Origin: Octopus sinensis
Lineage: Eukaryota
Direction of reading: 5' to 3'
Length of the DNA stretch: 64,000 nucleotides
NCBI RefSeq assembly: GCF_006345805.1
Contig: NC_043015.1
Location: 36,270,001 to 36,334,000, forward strand
The notes under the pieces were generated by a model, which ran no database searches, was not told where the DNA came from, and saw only the letters and a program-made list of their open reading frames with translations. Each line of letters opens with the position of its first letter. Position 1 is the stretch's first letter. The translations under genes and the position numbers were made by a program. This document shows positions 1 to 13,815 of the stretch, one piece after another.

Positions 1-1585
1 TCAGAAATCTAAAGACGCCTACCAAAGATATACAAAGAAGAACAAACTGCATCATTCGTCATCTGCCTTGAGTCACCTGGTTTATTACAAGTTCTGTGAC
101 GTTTGTTCACTTTCTTCGATATAAAAAAAACATTTGTGAGAGACTTGCTTTCATCTGTTGGATTCGTGAATGTGATTTTTCTCTGAAGAACGACAAGAGA
201 GTCTCAGAGAATCAGTCGTTTTATATATATTTCTATATTTCTCTGATTTCTCCCTATGTATCTATAATGATATCTGTTTAATTCAGCAATCATCAATGCA
301 GTGGCATAGATAAGAAAGATCATGTCTGTAGCATCGCTTAAAAAGACACAAGTCTCCCTTAATTCTATACTTTTCTATGCTGCAACGAAAAAGCAAGAAA
401 AAAGACAAGGAAAGAAAAAGATAAAGAAAGAAGGACAGAAACAGACAAAGAAAGAAAGAGAGAAAGAAAAAGGCAAAGAAAGAAAGAAAAAAACAACTTT
501 AAATCAACTTATCTCATCTACGATTCACTTCAGTTTATCTTCTTAGCTGCGTCTTTAGATTTCCCCACCACCACAACCACCACCACCACCACCACCTCCA
601 CTACGACCGCCATCATCATCATCATTATCATCGTCGTCGTCGTTGTCGTCGCTGTTGTCGTTATCAGCATCATCATCATTATAGTCAGCATGAGCAATAC
701 CACACCAACAATCAACATCCTCACCGCTAACACAAGCCACAACCCGTCACACCCCCACCACCACCACCACCGCCGCCACCACCACCACCACCACCACCGT
801 TGTCGTGGTTCTTCTTCTTCTTCTTCTTCTTCTTCTTCTTCTTCTCTCCACCTTTTTCCATCCAATTCTTATTCTGCATTCTGCATTCTGCATTCTTATT
901 CCGTCTTCCCGTCGTTCTTCAGTTTCCTCTCGCCAGTTTCCTTTCCATATTCCAAAGATACACCTATTCACGTCCTCCTCGAAGCTTCCAATTCCTCGAT
1001 TCAAACAACTGGAATAATTGCAGTAATATATATTCAACAAACAAGAAAAGGAACACGACAGTTCCTACGCTAATTCCACTTCTTTTTGCCAGGATTACTC
1101 ACCTAACATCGACGCAAACAAGTTCTGACAACAAATCGTTGTTGTTAAGCATGTTTCTCAACACACTTATTACATTTTATAGTCTCTCCTCTCAGTTAGA
1201 ATCCTAAATTGACAGATGCATATACCCTGAAGTATTTTCCGATTTCCAACTGGTAAATATGTCCTCTTTATGCAAATGCGACTCTTCCATAAACATGGTC
1301 TACAGCAAACTGGATTCAAATCACCATTTGTTTGAACAATGACGCACTTTATGAATATTTATAATGCTAATGAATATTTATAAGGTTAATGAAGACAAAA
1401 TAAGGAGAGACCGGGAGCTGAATCCACACCAAACACAAAATAAAAAATACTTAAGATCAAAAATTTAGAAAATAAACGTGTTTATATGCAATCAGCAGAA
1501 AAGCTAGACAAGCAGTTCAATGCTAAATTTTCTTTACAAAGTACATAACGCGTTTTGATACTCGAGTTTATTTTCGATGGATTAT

Positions 1586-1683
<98 letters not shown>

Positions 1684-2340
1684 GTCGGAAGGAAGGGGTG
1701 GCCATGGCAAGGAATACGTTCCTCATGTGTTTTTACACAATTAGGTCTAACCTGTGGTAAAATTACATCAACGACACGCATTATTCTGTACGTGATTTAA
1801 CTGACACGGTTTCCAATCAAAGCAGGGTGCATCTACGTATGTGAATGCGTTTATATATGTGTGTCCGTACCTGCTCGTATGTACCTGAGTGTTAGAGAGT
1901 GTGTGCTTGCATTTACCTGTGTCTTCACATTGATTCGCATTGTGGTGTGTGTGGATTGACATGCAAACTACATAGCCATCCAAGAACACTCAGAAAATGT
2001 GTTGCTTCTAGTTTACTTTGAATGAATAACAACCACCTGTTCATTGTGTGAGTAGCGGATTGGACCGAAGGAGTCTGTATATGAAATATTACTCAACTAA
2101 AACTTGGTCGCTAAATTTCATAACAATATTTGTTTTTCCGTTGTCTTTGTTAGTTTTTCATAACGGGTCACACTTTGCTTGCCTCTCAGACAGGTTTTGC
2201 GAGCTCTCATATTTCAAATTACCCGAAGTCCACGTGTAGTAAATTACTACTGAAAACGTTAAAGCGTTGTCATTAGGCCAGGAATGTTATACAAATTAGA
2301 TTCCTTGTAACTGTATTCTACTCTCTAAACATTATGCACA

Positions 2341-2373
2341 ATGTTAAGCCGCCTGGTTCGCCGTCGTAAGAAG
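2341..2373 (+). CDS. Candidate first coding exon segment (MLSRLVRRRKK) of an unidentified gene
   Basis: ATG at 2341, 11 open codons, then a consensus donor AAG|GTAAGT (intron from 2374). An in-frame TAA lies just upstream. A pyrimidine-rich acceptor (ctttgcttgcctctcag, AG at 2188-2189) lies ~150 nt upstream. No downstream exon could be linked. Confidence 0.35.
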
Positions 2374-2381
2374 GTAAGTAT

Positions 2382-2927
2382 TTATGCAAATAGGTCTGAT
2401 AATATGTTATGCATGGATATATTACGACTGCAAGTTTCATCTCTTGTTGATAATCTGGTTATGATGCTAACCTTCTGATGTTCTGATACAACTGAGATGA
2501 AACTAGAAAAGAATTTCACTACAGAGAGATTTGGAAAGATCCTCGACAACTCTGCATTTAAGCTTACGCGAATGAATGGTTGTCTGTGAGTGTGTATTTT
2601 GCTGGGAAGTATGCGAGCTTCCCAACGACCCGTATTTAGGCACAAATATAGCCTGGAACCAAAGTCCATCATTGTTACTTTCCTTTTCTTTTTCTGGTTG
2701 TGTGCCTCGTATTTTCGTACCGTATTTAATAGTGATATCAGTATATGAACTGATATGTCACCTAGCGACTCGACCGACATTTTTGTGTCTGAACTCTGTG
2801 TAACAGTCGCACACACAACCTGGTCAAACCACCCTTGTTTGACAATAGTTTCTAAAAACGGAACAACGTCACTGATTCCTCTTTTTAGGATAACGAAGAT
2901 AGATCCCTTTTTCATCCCCATGTACAT
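2382..2927 (-). other. Unexplained 181-codon ORF in non-repetitive sequence
   Basis: Longest ORF in the window that is neither simple repeat nor recognisable transposon. No motif recognised. Confidence 0.25.
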
Positions 2928-3083
2928 TTCTGCGCCAAATCTGGGGATCCTGAAAATTTGCTAGCAGTTTCTACAAATTTTAACACGGCCTTGTGCCTAG
3001 TCATTGCTTTGTTCTAGTTTGTGGAAGTGTTTATTAGTGGTGCTTGGTGAAGGACGGAGTGCTCTCGACAATGTATGAATTTA

Positions 3084-3312
3084 TTCATACAGCTTTCTGA
3101 CTTCATTAAGAGGAAGCTTGAGCCATTCTTCCTGCAAAGTCTGCTCCTGCTGTTCGAGACACGACGGTGGAGATGTACCATAGATGCTCAATAATATTAA
3201 AATCTGGAGATTGAGGGGTCGGGCACTCCATGGGTTGTACCTCACTACTATGCTATTCATACCAATCCTTAACCACATGAGAGGTGTGTATTGGAACACT
3301 GTCACATTGGAA
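3084..3312 (-). mobile_element. Tc1-like DDE transposase C-terminal fragment (decayed)
   Basis: Minus strand reads FQCDSVPIHTSHVVKDWYE*HSSEVQPMEC..PQSPDFNIIEHLW, then in another frame PPSCLEQQEQTLQEEWLKLPLNEVRKLYE. This matches the Tc1 FQxDNAPxH and WPPQSPDLNIIEHLW motifs, with a stop, a frameshift and a deletion. Confidence 0.88.
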
Positions 3313-3322
3313 GCTGCAATAT

Positions 3323-3359
<37 letters not shown>

Positions 3360-3940
3360 TGTTTGTGTGTGTGTGTGTATATGTGGAAGTGTATATATTA
3401 TGTGTGTGGGGTTGGGTGGCTATTAGAAGTTTAAATAATACTGAAAAGGATAAAAACTGATAATTTTTTAAAGAAATATTCGTTTCACTTCCATCAGGTT
3501 TTTCCTCCTAGTTTTGGGTATTTTTCAGCAATTGGCATCATCCTCCTCACTTGGACTCTGTTTCAGCGAGGTATTTGTATTTAATGTTGCTTTATTATTA
3601 GACTTTTTTTTTATCTTTAGTTTGATAAGCGAGAAAAATTAAATGAAATTTAACGCTGGCCGTCCTTGAGTGAACTGCAAACGAATTAAAATTGAAAATC
3701 CTATCAAATTTATGAAAAAATATTCAAATACAAGGAAAGTATGAAAATAACACGGCTTGCCTTAATTTTATTTATTATTTTTTGTTTTCAGGCAAGGCGA
3801 AAAAAATTGGAATAACAAGGATATTAATAATAAATTGTAAGGTGTTCTAAGGCCAGAAATGTTCAGAGTTTATCGATTTTGATAGGATGAAATGCAATGT
3901 TGACCTCAGCGGGATTCAATATCAAAATGTGAAATACCGG

Positions 3941-4033
3941 AAGAAGAAGAAGAAGAAGAAGAAGAAGAAGAAGAAGAAGAAGAAGAAGAAGAAGAAGAAG
4001 AAGAAGAAGAAGAAGAAGAAGAAGAAGAAGAAG
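3941..4033. repeat. (GAA)n microsatellite
   Basis: About 30 uninterrupted GAA units. Confidence 0.97.
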
Positions 4034-4172
4034 GAAAAGTGAAAATCACGTGTTCTGATGGTGTAACGACTCTGACAACTCCACAAATATTGATACACAA
4101 ACAACAACCAACATATCAAATACAGCATTAACAGCAACAGCATTAACAAATAATAATAATAATAATAATAAT

Positions 4173-4420
4173 AATCCCTTAAAATTTAAAATTGCAAACC
4201 TCTGGAATATGATATCTGTAACGATCCCGCCTATAATAATTGGTGCACAGGGAACTTTAAGCAAAGATACAGACAAATGTTTGAAGGAGATTGAATGAGG
4301 ATGTCTTGCAGAACTTGTACTCAAAGGGAGAGAAAAGATTATCAGGAGGTTTCTAAGAATTCAAAGGACTATTGAAAGTTAGTAGATACCTATGGCTACA
4401 GGTAGTAATTTGTTACACAC
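4173..4420 (+). mobile_element. RLE-type (R4/Dong-like) LINE, extreme 3' fragment
   Basis: Directly after a (TAA)n run. Reads LKIANLWNMISVTIPPIIIGAQGTLSKDTDKCLKEIE...IIRRFL, the IIGALG...RxL end of RLE ORFs. Resembles 17195-17540, including the post-stop segment (gatacctatggctacaggtagt vs gatacctaaggttactggtagt). Confidence 0.65.
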
Positions 4421-4542
4421 ACAAATCCTAACAGGAATAAATCGGAATATAATATTAATGTTAATGTAAATAATTAAAACTCACAAATAATATGAAAATA
4501 TTTCAATCAAAATTTATTTCTTTGTATTTGGTTTTCTTTCCT

Positions 4543-4586
<44 letters not shown>

Positions 4587-4669
4587 AAGCTACCCATAAA
4601 TAACAACCAGCTAAACATTCAGCAGGGATCGGAACACCTCGTATAAAACAAACCAGGAACAGCATCAAC

Positions 4670-4840
4670 TACAAATTTTCGGGGAGGGCTACGTCGATTT
4701 TGTTAACACCTGTGTTCAACTGTTACCTCGAAACAATGAAACGCAAAGTCAACATCGGCGGAATGTGAACTCTAAACGTAAGGACGGACGAAAGGCTGCC
4801 AATCATTTGGTTCGGCGTACTATGAATTCTGCTAACTCGC
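4670..4840 (-). mobile_element. tRNA-type SINE (family B), diverged
   Basis: Reverse complement contains tggcgagttagcagaattc...tacgtttagagttcacattccgccgatgttgactttgcgtttcatt. The same core recurs at 15305, 32213, 48950, 58817 and 61820. Confidence 0.7.
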
Positions 4841-4841
4841 C

Positions 4842-4842
<1 letters not shown>

Positions 4843-4930
<88 letters not shown>
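4843..4930. repeat. (TAA)n microsatellite
   Basis: About 29 TAA units. Confidence 0.97.
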
Positions 4931-4932
<2 letters not shown>

Positions 4933-7879
4933 GTAACAAAAAGAACAGTAGCAGCGGTAGCAACAACAACAACAACAATAATATCAGTAATAACAATAAT
5001 TCGCCTAAAGTCAGTGGGAAATTCTCATTCTTTCTGCTATTATCGAAAGCCCTCTAATGTTAATGGGCAAAAATGCTTGGCATATTTAAGTTTAGAGATA
5101 GACTTGACATTTGCTTCGCTTCGTTTGTTTTTATTATTGATAGCCTCACCGCATTTTTTCTGTGCATTTAGTAATGGACGCAATCAGCGCCATTGCATTA
5201 CCCAAGTTGCAACATTACTTTCCAGTTTTTCAGTTTACATATCTCTGAGTTTTACCTTTTAAATGTCGCCATTCCGATTAACAGAGGAAGCCACTGATTC
5301 CATCTCTGTTCTAATATGGCCACTTTAATGCCTTATTTGCTAAGAGCATTGAGGAATTCTTTATTTGTTATTTGCAAGCCTTTTGTTAATATTAAATCAC
5401 AAAACATGATAAACATCTTCGTGGATGAGAAACTTATATTCTGAATGATAATCTCATGAACTCAGGTTCAATTTCTTATTGTAGCTGCCGCAAGTTTTGT
5501 CTTCGGACTCTGAGCATTCGACGAAAGCCATCGCTGTCACAATGTTTTCTATTTCGGCAATATCTAAACTCAGCGCGCCAATGATGTAAACCTTTGATTA
5601 TAAAAAGTGGGTCATTTCATTAGAAATAAAATGCTTTCTCCCTTTACTTTTTCTATTAAAATTATAAATGTCTCTGCTCCACGTGTCTGGCTCGACTCAT
5701 GTCCCCTCGATTCGTCTATTCCAGCCAGATCGATTTCTCTTTCCGTTTTCTGTGTTGTATGTCCATTTTTCAAGCTCTCGCAATATTCACTACGCCTCAT
5801 CCTTTCTCCAGAGAATGTAAGTCTTGTCACCTCCATCCATACCCAAACCTTTGTCGCAGATGTTTTTATAGAAAGTTTCGAGAGGGATATTAATGGCATC
5901 AATTTCCCCCATGTAGGAGAGAGAGAAATAGAGAGAGAGAAAGAGAAAGAACGAGAGAAAGAGAGAGAGAGAGAGAGGGGGGGAATTATGGGCATTACCA
6001 CGTCCTTCAGATCCAGCAAAGGAAAGGTTAAGAAAGAGGAAATGACGTAAAATATATTCTATATATTTCTGCATGCAATTCGGCAGGCCTCTCTGTATCT
6101 CCATCGGGTAACTCGATACTATATTTATATTGTACGGTCATATATAAGATTTATCTCAGAAACGGCGATAATAGCTAAAACGCCATTGATCTATTTCCGG
6201 TAGAGTAGCGCTGGTCAAGTCCAAGAGCTAGGGCAACGTAGTGTATCACAACTTCGACATTTACCCACTAACTATGATTATTAAATTTATATTTCGTTCA
6301 TAAGGTGAGAATTATCATACATAAAAAATATAGCATAGGCGTGTAAATTACAGTAGCTCACTCTTAAGCTGACGTTTATGCTGAAAACATTGCTGGTGTC
6401 CATCATGATCACTAAAACAATATATTGTGAGTTTATTGTGCCTAAAAGTTTCTCCTTTATGTGTAACTTATTGTCATAAACATAGAGAGCCGAGTCAAAG
6501 TTTAAGAAACCTAAGTAGAATCACTGAGCACGAGAAGAGAATAACACCATAAATAACACAAATAACTACTGTACACGTTTGTTCTTCTTAAACTCTGACA
6601 TGTATATATATATATATATATATGTATATGTATATATATATATCTACATGAAAATATATGTACATACAAAAATGCACAGTCTGTGTGTGTCTATATATGT
6701 TTACATATATGTATGTGTGTGTCTCTCTCTATATCCTTATCTGTGCTTGTGTATGACGATGCCAACAGACGTAAATCAATTGTGATATATACCCACAAAA
6801 TAGAGGAAACTCCTGGAAACATTCGTAATTTAAGGAACATTCCTGCAACATTCTATTTAGGAATACATTATCCATTGTGTTTTTCTTATTTTAACAACCG
6901 TTGGATATAATCTAAGATTTATTTCCCTACAATTTCTAACTTATCATTAGCTCATCACAGAAAAAAATTGATTAACGTTAGAACAGTCTCCATGCAGCAA
7001 AACTATGGTGAATACTATTGCTGCAGAAAGCCTTCCATGATTAAATTTTGTCAACGTACCGTAAGTGTCTATATGTCTCTATTTGAAAGATGGCGTAATA
7101 TGATTTGAGGGAGATTAGAGGCGATTTTTAGCTGATCAAGCACAAAGTAGATACTGCCTCATTCGAATGTTAGAGAACCGTTTGTGTAAGTAAAGTTAAA
7201 TAGCTTTCTACTAAGTATATAAAATCTAGCAGAAGATACATCAGCCATTAACTGACATGTTTCCTTTCACGGCATGCCAATATAATATTATATCAGTTAT
7301 GTTTCATCTCACAGAACACAAATGGATAAAGTATGGAAGCGTTTGTATTAAAAGTCTGAACGAGACAACCGGTAATAATTCACTCTCATAACAAAGACGA
7401 CACATATATCATGCTTGTGAAACAATGCACCGATCTATAAACTTATATAACAGCCAGCTTATTCGTAAATATAAAATCATTTATCTTTCTAAACGTATCA
7501 TCAAAATATCAATGAATGCGCTCTCTTTCTTTTTTCGAGTCTATAGACATGTAATATGTGACAAATGGCATTCATACAAACAAGGAAGCGATTAACCATT
7601 GCAGAAGTATGGGACATATCAATATACGAAACTGCTTGGCCTTTGTCAGCCATACTCATCTGTATATCTCGGATTTATTCTCTATCACTCTAGCTCACAT
7701 AAATACACGTACATACACATATACACAAACACATATACACATACATACATACACATTCATATTTGTCTGTGTGTGTATATACAAGCATGCACATAGACAC
7801 GTATATGCATATGCATGTATAAGAATATGTGTGCGTGTACGTGTGTGTGTATGTAAGCATACATACTTAATTCTTACAT

Positions 7880-9022
7880 GCGAGCGTTAGTTGGAAACTT
7901 GATTGGTTGACCATCATGCGCTCGTGGAGTGTGAGCTTCGGAGGTTTATTTTTCAACATCGTCCCTCCTGCGGGTCACACACTGCTTCCATCGGTGTTGC
8001 AGTGCTTCGATCCGATTTGTAAAGCAATTCTAATCATCTTGGTAGAAAAAGTCATCAAGAGAAGTTATGACGTCATTGTCCCTACCATACTGGTTACCAG
8101 AAAAGTGTCCTTTTAGTGTTGGGGGACAGATGATAGATGGGACCAAAGGAAGGTCTGAACCAGGTCAAAGCTACAATCATGCAGGGCAGCTATTAGCATC
8201 AAGATCGTGTGTGCTGGAGCATTGTCTCGATGAAACAAGACACCATTCGCTAGTTTTTCTGGGTTTTTGGTTTTGATAACCTTTTGAAACAGCCTCAGCA
8301 ATATGGCATACTACTCTCCATTGATGGTATAGCCTTTTTGAAGATAGACAATAGACACATTGCCTTTGGCATCCCCTAAAACTAAGGCTATCCTTTTCCC
8401 TGCACACCTTAGCCTACCTTGAATCACGTGATGAGAGGTGTTTCCCTTTAATGGATTATTTCTTTATCCCTGGTTCAATGTGATGAACCCAAAAGTTATT
8501 CTGGGTTATGAAATATTCAAGGAAACCAACTGGATCTGCCTCACACAATATCGTATGTTTTCGTGATGTGGTCAGCCTGATGCGCTTTTGATCAATATCA
8601 GTAAACGTAGCACTCACCGAGAAGAAACCATCTTCATGCCAACTGCATCGTGCATAATATTCTCAATTTTCTCGCAGGATATGTTAACAGTTTTGGCTAT
8701 TTGATTCATAGCCAATCGTTTGTCATCGGTTACCATGAAGGGAACACGGTCAATGTTCAACCATGTCAGCATGAATGTCCTTGGCAGGGCTAAAGCCTTT
8801 TTCTACAGAGGCACTCGATAAAACCACGATGTCCATTTTGAAGAGAAGTCGATGCTATTCATATTTGAAGCCTTCTTTCAACAGTCAGATGTCAGTTTAC
8901 CTGGAAAAATAAAAACAATGCAGTTATTAATAAGATGAGTTGAAATTAAGGTGTTGAAGGTTTCACAGCTTTAGTATCATTCCTCCATAGTCAGCCTATG
9001 AAGTTCTCTGCCCACCTTTGTA
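7880..9022 (-). mobile_element. Mariner (DD34D) element, decayed, with N-terminal deletion and degenerate TIRs
   Basis: Minus-strand segments GMKMVSSR*VLRLL (WVPxxL motif), FITQNNFWVHHIEP (first D region), GVLFHRDNAPAH (second D) and IEALQHRWKQCVTRRRDDVEK*. The ends cgagcgttagttggaaacttgattggttgacca and (reverse complement) tacaaaggtgggcagagaacttcataggctgacta are degenerate inverted repeats. Many stops and frameshifts. Confidence 0.92.
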
Positions 9023-9330
9023 CACACACAAATGTGTAGTAATGACGTACCCTGAATGAATAAATAATTAACGTAATTCAATGGTAGAGTGAGAATGACA
9101 TGAATCAGGTGCTCCAAAACAGCCGGAAGCACGTGGACGGTCGGTGTGAGCGTTCGCTAAATAATCAATTCAACGAACAAATAATTCCAAAAACATTTCA
9201 AGCATGGCTCGACATCAAAAAGGAGAAAGGGAGAAGTTCATAGAAGAAGGAAAAAGGAAAATCGCCAATCGTCCACGTGTTGTTACATTTCTGAAATGTA
9301 ACCACAGTTTTCCCTTTCTCCTTTCTGACG

Positions 9331-9376
<46 letters not shown>

Positions 9377-11619
9377 CCGTACTTTTTATTTATTAATGTG
9401 TATGTATCGATTGATCGAGAGAGGGGAGAGAGAGGGAGTAACAGACTGCAAGACGTGCGTATATGTACATATCGGTATTCACATGCTGGAATACAAACCG
9501 ATCTCACGTTTTTATTAAATTGTTATAAATACAACCAATGTTGATTAAATACATACTTTCTAAGTTTGTGACAATATATTGAGATAATTACATTTCCAAT
9601 AATAGTTTTACGAAATGCAGAAAAATACCAAAACAAAATGGTAATTGAAATCCTCGTTACGACATCACAATTGGAGGAGTATAAAGAGATACATGAAGAA
9701 GACTATTGAGTTATATAATTGTAACTGAACGCAATCTAATGCTTTAAAAGCAACCAACTTTATTCTTTAAATTATGTCGAAGTAGAGCATTATAGTTTAA
9801 CTGTGACAAAAGCTATATGTTATTAAGGATCGGTTTTAGCACACTAATATACATTGAAGAAAGTGCGAACCTACAGTCTTAAGTCTATACCATCATGCCT
9901 CCTTGAATAATATGGGTAGATCTGAAGAATTAAATAGCAATGAAATGCCATATCGATTAGAATGATTATGTTGCAGCAATATGGTAAGGTGATTTGTTTT
10001 AAGGAGAGGCTGGATTTATTGCGATCGACCAATCTGTGCTCCATCATATATTTAACTATAATTTAGTATAAATGTTAAGTTTAAGTCAATCTATGGACAA
10101 TAGTATTTCTAGTGTTATCAATGAAGCGTTAAATATTTGAGTACCTCAATTCGGGAGGATTTAACATAATTATTTCTAATATTTATTATCTTTCCAGAAT
10201 CACAGGGATCTATTGAGTTGGTACATAATTTCGTTATCTGTAGCGTTTCATTTAACCTTTATGAGAATTATAGGAACGTGGCAGAGTCATTAATGCATTG
10301 CTGTACATGGTCTGACTATTTGGTCACTGAGTTCAAATTCTCTCCAGGTCAGCTTTGCACTTCATTCTTACGAGTCAGGTAAGATAAATAACAAATCCCT
10401 TGGGATGGATTGGTATAAATGTTAACGTGTCGGGGAAGATACCTTGTGGTATCTGTTCTGTGTTCTGACTGTAATACTGCTGTCAAACTGCGTTGACTGA
10501 TGCTAAGGTCTATTTCTTCGATAAGATGTGTAGAGGGGGGGGGGGGAAATTTCTATGTAGAGGAAACTGATATTCTTCCTAAAAAATCTTTCTCAAGACA
10601 ATGCATACATGTAAATGCACGGGCAAGAACGACTGACAGAGAGCCGAAGACAGATGACACAACATTCTTCTTAGAAGTTCTGAAAAGTTTGAATAAGAAC
10701 ATTATCATCTTCACGTATCGCGATTGAAAATCAGTTTAAATGATTGCGATAAGACCAGTTCTCGTTCCAGTAATTCAAATCTGCTGGTGTTTTTTTAAAG
10801 CACTCGATCCGTCCGCGGTCATCAGACCATGAATTATGATTACGAATATTTCCTAGCACAACCAGATAGAAAACAATTTCTTGTAATTGACGAAGATCAC
10901 GAATTTTAAATATAAGGTGCTAATTGATTTCATGTCCCCCAGCACCTCAACCGAACCGACCTTAGGGTCATTAAAAATTACGTTTTTATTTGGTGAATTC
11001 AAAACGTAAAGTGAATCTATCAACGAAGTTAAGACAACGAGTTAAGAATCCTAAAGATTCCAAGAGACACAAGAGAGAGAATAATTCTTCCTGGTTTATG
11101 AAGTCAATCACGTGGAAGGAAGTGGGTTAGGCCATTATATATGCATATCATATTTTCTACATTAATACCCGCTTCATTGATCTCGGAGGGAGTAAATGAA
11201 AGTAAATGTTGTGTGATTTAAACACAGAGCCTAAAATGTAAGCAGAATTAGCGCCATGTTTGTTGCTGGACACCGTAAGGAGGTGGGGTAATTGAGCAAA
11301 GGGAAAGAAAAAGATATATATGGAAAATCAAGTATCAAGTATTACAAAATGCGTTATATTAAAACTAGGAAAACGCGAGACACCATGTGTGTGAATATAT
11401 TTATTGCTATTTCTGCCTATCGCCATCACCTCACAGTTTGTTAAAGATGCGATTTGACCAAGTAGCACGAGTTTCAATCTGCAAAATAAATGATGGTTTC
11501 AAACTTCTAAACCAAAACGTCAGCAGTTTCTCTGAAGATTTCAGCTGAAAGACTTACGCAAACACAGACGCACACACAGTTAACCAGCATACACATATAG
11601 AAAATTTTAACTATGTATA

Positions 11620-11666
<47 letters not shown>

Positions 11667-11885
11667 ACAGATATATGTACATGTAAATATATATCTGTAC
11701 GCACATACATACATATATGAGAGAGACAGAGAAAAAGAAAGAGAGAAGCGAAAGAGAAAGAATCATAAAACTAATTTAAACTTTCGATTACGAGATGAGA
11801 TGTTAATATAAATTGTATATATATCACAATATACATAAAGTGTATAAATATATATATATATCATTATGTGTGTGTATGTATGTAA

Positions 11886-11917
<32 letters not shown>

Positions 11918-12591
11918 ATATATATATATGTGTGTATATATATGTATGCATATTTATATATACATATGTATGTATGTATATATTTGCATTAATGTGAATG
12001 GTAGATATAAATATATATTTTAATATAAATTGTACACACAAAAACAAACACACACAGACACACCTATAGTAATATACTAATGAAGAGCTAAGTTAAGATT
12101 CCAAGTCAATTTGAAATATATTACACATACCTTTACTTGGTGAACATTTGTTCAAATTTCAAAAATGAAACGAAAACTATTACAAAAAGAAATTATTTCA
12201 CTAATTTTCACGAACTTTATGACGACATTGAATATGATAACGTTGGAGAATAAAAAAATTAATTATTATATTAATAAGAATATATTCATATAAATAATAA
12301 GATGTAAAATGAAATTTTTATATTCATCTTTGTCGTCAACATAATCATCAGCATCACAATAATGTTAGCAATAACAAGGACAACAACAACATCAATGATA
12401 ATAATTATAATTGTTTTTGTTGTTGCTGTCGATATTGGTTAACTGAAGAGCGAAAGTATGGTATTTGATAAGCTTTGTTGCAAAAATAAAAATAAATATT
12501 ATGTAATAATTATACTAGACTAATAGTTTTTCTTTGTTATAATTATAATTAACTTTAGCTCTCAAAATTAGTTTGTAGTCTGAAGAATTAA

Positions 12592-12628
<37 letters not shown>

Positions 12629-12654
12629 TAATAATAATAATAATAATAACAATA

Positions 12655-13110
12655 ACCTTTTCTGTATTGAACACAAGGGCCAAACACAAAACAAAAAGGG
12701 ACAATACAACAGAAGAGGACTTAACCTAAAACTTCGTGTATAAAATAAAAACAAGAACAGTTAATAACAAAAATTCAAGAATAAAACACTGGAAAAGGGT
12801 GAATTTAACCCAGGGACAACCAATGAACCCCGCGCATCCCGTCTCCCCGACCGACAATTGCACCTCAAGTATGCACCTCATTGTTTCTCAACCCTTCAGA
12901 CTTACAAGCGTGTATACAGATTGGTCCAATCCCCCCGGATCATCCTCACCACATTCACCCAGCTTTCAGCAAAAATTCTGGAGTAGGGGTCAGCGGTTCC
13001 ATTTTGATCCTCCGTTTCCATTTCAAGTGAAATGTGAAAAATACGATGCGAGTTTCAAACTTGTCCACCGCACTGCCTCTTTCGTGAAGCTTCTGTTGTT
13101 GGTTGATAGT
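12655..13110 (-). mobile_element. L1/Tx1-like LINE 3' end (ORF2 C-terminus, 3' UTR, (TTA)n tail)
   Basis: Minus-strand pieces KEAVRWTSLK, FFTFHLKWKRRIKME and IFAESWVNVVRMIRGDWTNLYTRL* resemble Tx1 ORF2 C-termini. They are followed by a T-rich UTR and a (TTA)n tail at 12590-12655. Family assignment is from recalled motif similarity. Confidence 0.55.
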
Positions 13111-13589
13111 TTACTTATGGCTTCCTGGTGTTGGCTGTAAGTTCTATGCTTGCCTCTCTGCTATTTGGGACAGAAATCTCACAAGTTGCCAGTCTCCACA
13201 CACGGGTGACCCCGTGGCTTTCTCTCCTCAGATTTAACAAACAGTTCTTCCTTTTCTGAAAAGTGAATGAGGTCTGGGGCTTTGTCTGGATCGTGTCTGG
13301 TTTAATGAGGAATAGCACCCCACACTTCTCCAAGACCAATTTTCACAACGGGTCCGCTTCACATCCAGGAGGCTATTATACTTTTCCCAAACGGTACAAA
13401 TTATTTTCTTGCGGTACAAATCTAATAGTGCCACATTTCTCCAGCATACATTTAATACTTCTGATATCACTTCCGTTTATAAAAATCTCATCTAATCGCT
13501 ACGAGACGGTTTGCGTGGTTCGGTTTCTTTGTAGTTTTTCTCGTTATTGATGGAGGTGAGTTTGCTGTTGGCACTGGTGGTGGAGGTGA

Positions 13590-13815
13590 TAGTGGTGGTG
13601 GCGGCGGCGGTGGTGGGCTTACTGTTGGTGGTGGTGGTGGTGGTGGCGGTGGTGGGCTTACTGTTGGTGGTGGTGGTGTTGGTGGTGGCGGTGGTGGGCT
13701 TACTGTTGGTAGTGGTGGTGGTGGTAGTGGCGGTGGTGGGCTTACTGTTGGTGGTGGTGGTGGTGGTGGTGGCGGTGGTGGGCTTACTGTTGGTGGTGGT
13801 GGTGGTGTTGGTGGC
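13590..13815. repeat. GC-rich minisatellite, 5 copies of a 36-39 bp unit
   Basis: Unit GTGGTGGGCTTACTGTTG+(GGT)n+GGCG. The minus strand reads (T)nNSKPTTA five times. Confidence 0.92.

Noticed and set aside
530-1207. Overlapping ORFs with poly-E/W/H/S/F runs
   Set aside because: Translations of (CAC)n, (CAT)n and (TTC)n repeats; open in several frames on both strands.
5280-6050. ORFs 5607-6050 (+) and 5612-6019 (-), and a possible LINE endonuclease remnant
   Set aside because: Both ORFs are extended by a (GA)n tract. Manual translation of 5260-5640 gave no convincing catalytic motif.
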